A DNA stretch of 64,000 nt from Octopus vulgaris (lineage: Eukaryota). The translations under genes and the position numbers were made by a program. How positions within the stretch are numbered: position 1 is the stretch's first letter; every line of letters starts with the position of its first letter. Location: assembly GCA_951406725.2 (NCBI GenBank), contig OX597831.1, positions 10,788,001 to 10,852,000 of the forward strand, in the 5' to 3' direction. The notes beneath the pieces are model-generated. The model was not told where the DNA came from. It saw nothing but the letters and a program-made list of their open reading frames with translations, and made no database searches. Positions 53,557-64,000 of the stretch are shown piece after piece.

Positions 53557-54257
53557 TCATTTTTTGTTTCATAATATTGTTTTTTTTTATTTTTATTTTT
53601 CAGGAGAGTAAATGAATGGAAAAGTAATATCGTTTTTATGACCTAATGAAATGCTTAAATCTTTTAGTAGTAGACTCTCGGTAATTCAAATAAACACCTA
53701 ATGGTGTATATATATATATATTTTCTTATTATTCCTGAAGAGCTACCGATATCAATAAGATAAGTGAAACAGCAGAATAGAGCATAAGAAAAAGATTTTG
53801 TTGTTTTTTTTTTTTTCATTTTTTCTAGACTACGAACAATGGTTTTTGGTTGGAACAATGGTTCGCTGGCAGATTATGCGATCTACAGTGTCTAATACCC
53901 CGATTAACAATTGAAAATCTGTAACAATATAGCTTTGACTAATATGTGTGTGTCTGTGTGTTCTGTGAGTGTTTGAGTATCGTAGGGAGTGAAGGCATGG
54001 TGAAGTGGTTACTATGAAACCTCGGGGAGTGGGGACACAAGGTCGATGATGAGAAAAGGGACAAGTGATATGGAGGCGTGTGAGTACTGGTACCACTAGA
54101 ACAATAGGGTTGTTGGAACAAAGGCCCTGTGAGAGCGTGGCAAAAAAAGCTAGAACGATGAATGGGCCTACATGAGAACTAAAGGCTTGGGTATGTTGGC
54201 GAGAGGCCAAATAGTAATCAGTTGATTATCTTTTGAATAAAAGTAATCTACGATATC

Positions 54258-54464
54258 TACGAGGGGTTGCTCAAAAAGTTCCCGCCTTTAAGGGTTTCGC
54301 GAAAAGCTTGGTTGGAGTGTGAGCCTTCTGAGTTCTTTTACAGTGGTTAGGAAAACTGAAGGGCCGCTGCAGTAAGTATGTGAGTTTGTGAGCGGAATAT
54401 GTTGAATAAAATCATATTTAACTAATCTTACCCAAATCCAAGAATTTTTCAGTACCATCTCGTA
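54258..54464 (+). mobile_element. Mariner-derived MITE (internal deletion derivative)
   Basis: Ends TACGAGGGGTTGCTCAAAAAGTTC and GAATTTTTCAGTACCATCTCGTA, with TA termini. The interior retains the transposase C-terminus EFFY..RKLKGRCSKYVSL*AEYVE*. Confidence 0.8.
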
Positions 54465-54566
54465 TAATCATCTGTATATGTCTATTGTAGTGTCTTCCAG
54501 CACCAGGTTGTTGCTGTTGTTGTTGTTGTTGTTCGCGGTGGTGGAGGTGTTGCTACTATATATATA

Positions 54567-54610
<44 letters not shown>

Positions 54611-54758
54611 GAACATCTATACATTTATACATATACACGCACACACACAAACACTTATAGATAATATAAGAATTGATATGTGTACGCATTTATGCATGCA
54701 TATACATATTATCAGTATATTCGTCAATGACAGATCGATCGATCAATTGAAAGATAGG

Positions 54759-54882
<124 letters not shown>

Positions 54883-55860
54883 CTGTCGCTACACATTCGT
54901 GAGGCAAAATGTGAATTTGTGTTCACGTGTCTACGCATTTGTGAATAAAAGAGTAGCAAAATGTGTGTGTATGCAACGTGTGACTGTAGTGTGTTTATAT
55001 ATGTCAGGGTGTTTTGTGTGTATGAATGTATCCATGAATGTATGTATGAGTACATGTGTGTATGCATGCATGTATGTATGCCTGAGTGAGTCTATGCGCG
55101 CGTGTGTGTGTGTATATCTAAAAGTGTACTGCTATGTGCTTGAAGCATTGTAATTCGTAAATGCTATAAATATGTTTAAGAAGACCTCTAGGCAATACAG
55201 GTGAGAATTTTGTCAAAATATCTAAGGTGATGTCGATAAAGAAAAACAAAGAGAAGATATTCAACATTGTTTAATATCTCTGTTATATTTGGAGATAATG
55301 GCCAAATATTTTGTTCGCACTGTTAGATAGTTATCTAATATTTGCTAAAGGAAACTTTTCCCGAAATACGTTGAAAGCATTAAGCAACCTATGTAAGGTG
55401 ACACAATATCTCGTTTTTTCTTCCTTTCTTAGAATTGTTGTGCATATTTTGTCCAAAAGCGCATCAACATAGCTTAAAGGCCTTCATTAAGATATGTATC
55501 TAGTTGTTTACTTATAATTCACCGTAGTATATTATATATAATGGTATTTGTTATGTAGAGAAGCACATGCCACTGCAATAAAGATTTTGTTTAGATAGCG
55601 TGTTTGTACTGACCTCGGGTTGAAAAATCGCTGTAGAGTCCGCTCGAACGGACAGCCATGTTGAAGTGGCTAAGAATATTACTTGTCAGTACAACTACTG
55701 ATTTGATCTCTCAGAGAGATCTTAGAAGTAGCGCTTTTGCTTATGTATGTATTACTCCTTTTTGGTAACAGAGTAAACTAGATCAGCATACATATATTGC
55801 ATAACATATATTGTTGGAGTGGCTTCTGCATCGAGCATCACCGCCATTCTCCATGTCAGT

Positions 55861-56281
55861 ACCTATTTCTTTACTACCCACAAGGGGCTAAGCACAGAGA
55901 AACAGAGAAGAAAAACAAGGACAGACAAACGGATTAAGTCGATTACTTACGGATTAAGTACGTAACTGGTACTTAATTTATCGACCCCGAAAGGATGAAA
56001 GGCAAAGTCGAACTCGGCGGAATTTGAACTTCGAACGTAGCCGTAGACGAAATATCCTATTTCTTTACTAACCACAATGGGCTTAACACAGAGAGGACAA
56101 ACAAGGCCAGACAAACGGATTAAGTCGATTATATCGACCCCAGTGCGTAACTGGTACTTAATTTATCGACCCCGAAGGGATGAAAGGCAAAGTCGACCTC
56201 GGCGGAATTTGAACTCAGAACGTAACGGCAGACAAAAATATGGCTACGCATTTCGCCCGGCGTGCTAACGTTTCTGCCAGT
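55861..56281 (-). mobile_element. SINE family B tandem 1.8-mer
   Basis: Full unit at 56056-56281, followed by a headless unit at 55861-56055. Confidence 0.9.
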
Positions 56282-56584
56282 ACCATCGGAGTCAAGACCA
56301 CGGGGCGCGGCTGAGCACATCGTTTTTTCTGGAGCGTGTGGCTCATTGCCCCCCCACCAACATTGCTACCTGCCCCCCATTTCTTCTTTTTCATTGTTTC
56401 TTTTTCTGTTTCTTTGTAATTTAATTTTATAATTCAATAAAACATGTATACAGAATGAGTTTTGTTACACTGCGGTTTGAAACACTGGAAGGAATTATTA
56501 GGAAACTATGAAAAGAACGTGAAAATTAAAAGGCAGATGTACTTTCATTAAGTGTCCAGAACGAAAGCCGTCTGGCAAATATGT

Positions 56585-56968
56585 ATGCGTGTGTAATTAT
56601 GTGGTTAGAAGCATGCTTCTCAACTACATGGTTCTAGGTTCAGTCCCACCTCGCCTCACATTGCACAAGTGTCTTCTACTATAACCTCGTGCCGACCAAA
56701 CCTTTATGAGTGGATTTGGTACACGGAGACGGAAAGAAGCCCGTCGTATATGTGTGTGTGTGTGTTAATTGTGTCTGTGCTTGACAACCGGTGTATACAC
56801 GTCCCCGAAACTTAGCGGTTCGGCAGAAGACACTGATAGAATAAGTACTAGGTACTAAATAATTAAGTCTCGGGAGCGATTTGTTCGACGAAACCATTTC
56901 AGGGCGGTGCTCCAACAGGGCTGCAGTCTAATGACTGAAACAAGTAAAAGAATAAAAGAGTAAAAGAA
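56585..56968 (+). mobile_element. SINE family A, diverged
   Basis: Matches 38670-39083. Older copies at about 58690-58860(-) and 59700-59872(-). Confidence 0.85.
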
Positions 56969-57355
56969 CATTTGTGGTGAGAATGTTCGCGTTTGTGTGT
57001 GTGTGTGTGTATATATGTATAATATGTATACGTATGTATACATGTGAATACCACCTACGCCCACATATTTGAGTTTGGCTGAAGATGTTACAGCCGAAGG
57101 CATTTGTTTCATGTGTAGCACTCAATACATAAAACGAGTGTCGAATTGTATATTATTTAAAAGGTTCCTCTTCGAAAGTTTAAACTTTCTATTCCCTTAC
57201 ATACCTCTATGATTATTTGCTTTGAATAAACTTCCCTTTTGTTATCGCGTCGTGAAAACCCTTGTGTTATAAATTCTTTTTTCGAATTCGCTGTATTATT
57301 TTTCCTTTATGGCGGTGGTTACACCAATCCAGGTTTCCGATGTCTCTAAATAAAA

Positions 57356-58610
57356 CAGGTTGCTTAACATATTTGAGGACAGATTTGATGTTTATAAAAA
57401 AAAATAACAGATATATAATAACAGATAATAACTTTAATTATCAAAAAATGCTATGAGGATAAAAATAACCCTTCTTTTCTATAATGTTATTCAATAAAAC
57501 CACCTTCAGCTTCAACAACTGCTTCTATATGAGATATAAATCATCTACATGTTCGAATCAAATGGTCCTGAATCATTTTGGACATTACTCTGACTACGGC
57601 AGCTTTCAAAGATTCTTTGGTGTTATGGGCATGTTTATTGACCGCTCCCTCTCAATAACGCTCCACTTGTAATAGTCGAATGGATTAAGCTCTGGGGAAT
57701 TAAGAGTCCAAATGTTAGGGGTTACGGGATCATGAAAATTTTCACACATCCATTTCTGTGTTACAAGAGCCTTGAGTGATAGTGCAGAGTCTTACTGAAA
57801 CCCAAAGCCTTCCATTGCATATACTGTCTATCCAGGGATTAACAATTGTTTCCAGGACATCAATGTAGGCGGCAGAGTTAACTCTAAGGCCTTGTGGGAA
57901 GAAGTAAGGAGGCATCATATGTCCTTCATTCCTGACAACTCTTAAAACCTTGACAATTGCAGGAAATTTTGAATGCATAACACTTGGAGCTTCAGAAGGG
58001 TCAGCACCTAACCATCTGTCATTTCATTTGTTAATTTCTTGATTTTGGTGAAAGTTTTTCGCGTTTGAGAAAAACCAAAGCAAATTTTTTTTCTGCTGGA
58101 TTTTTCAGTTTGTTTAAGAACCTTTTAGATCTGATGTAGTGATTTTCTTTTGCTTTTTCTGACAAATTGATCTTTTCTCTGTGGACAACATTTCTGGCTG
58201 TTCTTTCTGACGCATGGAAATCTTTCGCAATTTGACCTCATGGACTTTCTGGGATTGTAATCAATGGTCTTTTGAACTTGTTGGATAAATTCAGGTGTTC
58301 TGATGATTTCAGAGTGTTTAGAATGCTTTTTATGCGTTGATACTGGTGATACGTTTCCATCTTCAGTCTCTCGCTCCTTACAAACTTTGTACACGAAAGA
58401 TCTGGCAACTTTTAAAAATCGAGATATTTCTAAATCACTCCGCTCTAAATCACTCCTTTATAACCACAATAACAGCATGTCTCTTCATTTTTTTGAGTAA
58501 GCTGAGGGTCTGCCATTATTATTTTTCTGAAACAAAGATTATACAGAGTTAGTAAAAAAATGTAGCATTGACCCCAGAAATGTATGTCCTCGAATATCTT
58601 ACGCACCCTG
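57356..58610 (-). mobile_element. Near full-length degenerate Tc1/mariner element, maT/DD37D-like
   Basis: TIRs caggttgcttaacatatttgaggaca (57356) and tgtcctcgaatatcttacgcaccctg followed by TA (58610). Protein remnants KFPAIVKV..EGHMMPPYFFPQGLRVNSAAYIDVLETIVNPWI and WTLNSPELNPFDYYKW. Confidence 0.88.
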
Positions 58611-59223
58611 TATATGTTAATATATGTTAATAATATTTTGCCGTCGTGAACTTATCTATTTGTTCATTGGTTTTTATCTTTTCCTAGGCATTCACTTTCA
58701 GCATCCTATGCTGCCAGCTTTAGCCAAATAAACCGAATCCAGGATCTTTTTAAAGTCTATTAATTATTCTATCGGTTTATTTTGTGAAACCACTAAATTC
58801 AGTGACGTTATTAAACCAGCACCGGTTTTGAAACTGTGGTGCGGAGACACGCACACACATACTTACTCACATGTACACACACGCACATGCACAGGCACAC
58901 ACGTATACACACACACACACATATGTTTTCTTTAAAATTTTTAAATGCCTACAACCTTAGTATGTTGACATCTATAGGCAATGAAAATTAGATTTACTTT
59001 AAACCACAGGCTGAAACAGCTGTAAGAAGTAATTTTTAGGATTTCATTAATTTATAATATGACTTTTAAAATCTGTATTTGTATTATTATCTTATCTATT
59101 GATTTATATAATATTTTTGTATGCTTCTGATGTTCTCATTTGTAAAATGAATAAATAATCCAACATTATATCTGTAAGTTGATGAACAAACCAAATTTGT
59201 TTCTCCATTTTCTTATTTGTATT

Positions 59224-59285
<62 letters not shown>

Positions 59286-59404
59286 TCAAACAGTAACAAT
59301 GAGTGCACAACAACGCATTGGTAAAGAAATATACATTATTTGTGGATAAACAAAGCAACCAATGGTTTCATGTAAACAGATCTTTACAGTTGTTCAAGCA
59401 CGTT

Positions 59405-59670
59405 GCCCCAATGTTAAGGCTTACTGTACTCCCGATAGTGAGAATGTGGTTTTGATTCTCAGACCGGTTGGGTAAAACACTTCATTTCACGTTTCTCCAG
59501 GTCATTCAGCTTCAAGAAGTCACCCTGCGATGGACCAGCCCCCGATGAGGAGGCATGTTGGCCTGCTTGATAAGCCAGCATGTTGGCGTCCTTTGAAAGC
59601 TAAAAGGATGCGAAGTGAATTGTAACTAGCGATGTATAACAACATCAGATAGTCTTGCCGCTACCGTGAT
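59405..59670 (+). mobile_element. Old SINE with D-like body and the tail used by the family C copy at 40320
   Basis: Body aaaacacttcatttcacgtttctccagg.cattcagct. Tail tgttggcctgct..agccagc..tggcgtc.tttgaa.gctaaaa..agcgatgt.ta.caacat. Confidence 0.6.
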
Positions 59671-60585
59671 GCTGTGGCATACGTACGTACATATATACAT
59701 ACGTACATACTTCGGGTTCCTACACAGCTTCTGTCCACGAAATTAAGTCACAATGCAATGGTGGACCTAGGGATATTTTTATAAACCACTTGCTGAATTA
59801 GCACTCAGTGTGTCAGTGTGCAAGTATAGGGTGCTACGCGGTAGCAGATCGAACTCTCTTAACCACAGAGCCATTGTTTCTTGTTCATATATTTCCTATT
59901 TCATGTTTGGTCGGAAAGTTTAATCCCAAGAGCTACTTTTATTTAAAATTATTACAAGATTGTCCAAGAACATCTAGTTGTTTAGTTCTTTTTATTTTCA
60001 GTAGAAGATTCGTCCACACTACTTTTCTAAACGTATTTACACAACACATGTTTGTTTCATGTGTAAACAATTTGAAGTTTGCCTCAAAACTTGAAAATAG
60101 AAATAACTATAACAAATATTTCAATATTTAATTACACATATTTGTATTGCTATTTCGTGAAACATTTATACTAACATAAAGCGGAATATAATAACAGAAA
60201 ATTTTAGTTAGTTTGGAACCATTTTTTATGAAAGACCTTTATATTTTCCTAAATTCAACTATGCGTATACCATGTATAAATTTATGATCAGATATATTAT
60301 ACATATATAAGCAGGACCTATGTTCTAAGCGAAGACTTTATGCAAACATATATTTAAGTTTTATTCCTATAATCTTTTAACCTGATTTAACTATATGCGA
60401 TTATAGTTTATGCTATAGCAGCTATAAAATACTATATTTAACTGGAAGCATATCCTAGTATCTTGAGATAATATTTACATAGTTGTGTCTTACAATGTGT
60501 ATATCAGTAAATACACGCTACGCGCTGATATCAGAGTTTACCTACGTTAGTATTCAAACATTAACATATATGTATGTGTGTATAC

Positions 60586-60657
<72 letters not shown>

Positions 60658-63600
60658 CAAAATTCTGAAGATTATTTAACTTCTCTCAAAACAAAACTTC
60701 TTGCAGCTTGTTTAGTAACTTCTGAAATAAAATTTCTTAAACCCTGTCAGCAAACGAATTCAGTCCTTTTTTTTATGATACAGTCACCTTAATCTTATGA
60801 CTAAAACTTCTGTATCATATTTGCATACATACACACACACACACATATATATATACATAGTAATATGCATACATGCATAAATCTATACATTTATGCATTT
60901 GTACGTGTTCTGGTACACATAGATTTTTTTGGTGCTATTCTTGTTTCATCTCCTTTCATATTTGTTGAGAAGCCATATTCTGAAAATTGTAGTCTTCATG
61001 CTTTAATGTTAGATTTATTTTATTTCGTTATTTTCCATTTATTCTACGAAATTTTTCCTCATCGCAATAAAACATTGTATTAAGTATAAAATCTGTGTAT
61101 TACATATAGAATCTTGCAAATTCATACCAGCTACACGTCCATTCTGAAATCATTATGCTACGGTCGTTTATCCGCCGCATGCTCTCTTATCAAGTAGGAA
61201 TTGTAACGCGTGCGTCCACGCACCCATCTATCGACCTACCATGCAGATATACACATTTTGGCAAATACTAAATATGAGAGACACTCGGTTATGCATCGAC
61301 CTGATTCAGAACTTAGAAGATGCGTAATAAAGGATAACAAAGGAGATTAAAGGTGTACCTGTCTGTGCAGATATAAAAGAGCAAGAAATTCCATTAGCTT
61401 GTCAGGCTTTTTAAGTAGAATGGCAGCCGTAGACGTCCTTGCTTCACTCTCCGCGATGATGCTTCGAATCTTCTGTTTACCATTGTAACTATTCTTGCCG
61501 TAGAAGTGATGACGGGAATACAACTTAGAATTTGGTAACTGTGCAAAATCAGTTATAGTGTGTTGCCGGGTCATAGTGCTAGTGCATGCATATACAGCTG
61601 CGTGCGTGCGCACATACACGCGAGTACTGTCCAAATCTCCGACCAAGCACATACCGCTAGCTGGCATTCAATTGGCGTATCAAGTTTCGGGCATTTTGAT
61701 TGTGTTTTGGATAGAAAATTCACAAAAAAATCACTTCTATTGATTTGTTAATGGCTTTGCGGGGTTACTGGGGAAATATAAAGATGTGCACGACCTCCCT
61801 TGGACCGTTTTGAATGATCATAGAAAGTGCGAGTCCTCTAACTAAAAAATTGGCCATTTGTATAAAGGACACACACACAGATAGGCATTTTGCCGTTTAT
61901 ATATAGAGAGATTTTTTACTTAATGTGCTTGTATTTTTTTTCCAGTTTTCTACTGATTTACAATCGATTCATTGATGACCCAGCTTATGAGAAGATTGTA
62001 TCGCATCATCAGAGCTGCAACTTACATTGTCAAGACACAACTCTTCATACAAATTCAATCATGCGCATGTACTGACCTACTCAACACCGGGACAGTTTAT
62101 CCAAGCCAAACGGTGCATCTCTGTATAACAAATAACTATTTCGTTATCTTACAGTTGAGGTTTTCATATGCAATCTCATCCTCAAATAAACATACACACC
62201 ATATTCCTTTTTAATTCATAATCTCAACTAGTTATACACGTTATTACGCTCCACGTCAATCCCGATTTACTAAATCTCGGATCGGATATCTTCCAGCATG
62301 CCAATCCTATCTCTTTTGTATATAGTGTATGTAGATCTACATATTCACTAATATTCTTTTTTTCGGAAAAATTTCGAGTGCGCTGAGGGTAATATAGTTG
62401 CTATATTTATCAGATTGAGTGCCATGGTCGAGCTTCCTCGCTAACGCACGACGACTAAGCGGATACCAGTTGAATGAATAAACCTATCTTTATATGACAT
62501 GTGTTTAGTTATGATGGTGGGGTACTCAGTCTAGAGATTGATTTTTACTGAAAATAGAATGATTCCTAAACCACTTGAGGTCATCGAATGAAAGATCGAC
62601 ATGAAATTGCGCTGCAGTAACACTTTCAGGTTAGATGTTGAAACAAAATACGTCTACAATTGATTTTCAACGAATGGCTAATATAGTTTCTCTTCAATGT
62701 CAGTGGATCTAAAGTCACACAGAACACAACTGTTGTGGACTGGTCAAATCGTTAGGACAGCACGCAAAATGGTTTTATGTTCTAACTTTAACTTTGTTTC
62801 CATCTTTTGTTTCCATCTTTCTGAAATCGATGACCACAAGTGCCACCTAAGTATTATGTTTCATTTATTAGCCTGATACAGGTGTCTCCCGGACTTTCTC
62901 AACAATGAGACTACAGCTGAAAATCCCGAATAAATTGGTCTTAGTGTTCCTTAATTTTCAAGTTCAGATGATTGTACAAACTTCCAATGAAGAACGAATT
63001 CTTGTGTACAGATTTTTTCGCATTGAAAAAAAAAAAACAATAATGAGCCAATTCAACAGAAATATATCTAACGTGATACGTGGCACATCTGTCATTGATA
63101 GAAGAACACGAACGTTAGATTATTATTTCATAATTAAGTACAGTGAGTAATGATCCATATTTGTTGTTATATGAAACCAGACTGAAGGAGGTTAAGTTCC
63201 CAGACTTTCTAGCCATGAATATATTTTCCAGCCATATTTTACATTAGGCAACATTATTTAGTGTCTACATTTTTTGGAAAGAAATAAACGATAGTGCTAC
63301 CATTCAGGTCAATTTACCTGCTGTGTTCCTCTTATCAACAAGGCAACATTATCAAATATATTAGTTCAAAGGAAACCTAAAAGGCTTAGATTGAGCGAAA
63401 TTTACGTATATATATATATATATATATAGGTCAAATGACAGCATTCACTGGTTTGTCTAGATGATGTCTTCAGGGAATTAAGAGCCTATTTGCGTGTTTA
63501 TTTCTAACCGTTTCTTTTCTTTCAATTTCCCTTAATGAATGTTGTTTAAAAAGTGCATATTCAATTAACTTAGTATCCGATCATAATTTCACTTTATAAA

Positions 63601-63669
63601 TCCGAAAAAGGTAAGTTTCTAAGCACCACTAGGGTCTCTAAGTAATTAATATGGACTCTAAGACATTAA

Positions 63670-63832
63670 TTATTTCTTTACTTCCCACAAGGGGCAACAC
63701 ACTGAGGGGACAAACAAGGACAGACACACGGATTAAGTCGATTACATCGACCCCAGTGCGTAACTGGTACTTAATTTATCGACCCCGACAGGATGAAAGG
63801 CAAAGTCTACCTCGGCGGAACTTGAACTCAGA
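63670..63832 (-). mobile_element. SINE family B, headless unit
   Basis: Matches 56058-56220. Confidence 0.88.
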
Positions 63833-64000
63833 ACTTAGGGAAGCCCGAGAATTGCATTTTAAAAAGACATAATTATTGGATTATTGCGCACAGATAATTC
63901 GTTTGATCTGTTCTTGAAATACATGAAAACCTCATAGGGAGTAACCTTCTAATGAGAGTTCTGTCACTACGCATTCCCTTATGTCTAACAATCTTAGGAT

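Noticed and set aside
53580-53930. Strong polypyrimidine-AG acceptor-like sites (53603, 53828; also 9752, 19473, 35055)
   Set aside because: No good downstream donor with an open, recognisable reading frame. Small host exons cannot be excluded without RNA-seq.
56300-56355. Small imperfect inverted repeat ggggcgcggctgagcaca / tgtggctcattgcccc
   Set aside because: Short and gapped; may be a MITE end but is unsupported.

Overview
AT-rich eukaryotic intergenic or intronic DNA made almost entirely of microsatellites and decayed transposable elements. The repeat mix looks like an octopus or other coleoid cephalopod genome; this is inference from pattern recognition, not a search. I found no supportable host exon, RNA gene or CRISPR array, and most ORFs in the supplied track are translated microsatellites or SINE sequence. 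Recognisable content: (i) more than 25 copies or fragments of at least four tRNA-derived SINE families; (ii) five RLE-type (Dong/R4-like) LINE remnants plus an (AAT)n-tailed retroposon 3' end, nearly all sitting in TAA-type triplet tracts; (iii) single HERO and RTE remnants and two CR1/L2-type remnants; (iv) three Tc1/mariner remnants, a mariner MITE, a hAT transposase relic and a long-TIR MITE; (v) several Penelope-like termini carrying minimal hammerhead-ribozyme motifs. The most interesting signals are the hammerheads, which occur in four unrelated sequence contexts with different core variants, including a compensatory U3-A8 pair. One family appears to join a tRNA-like Pol III head, an (AAT)n spacer and a hammerhead tail, making it a candidate ribozyme-bearing SINE or retrozyme. 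Boundaries of degenerate elements are approximate.
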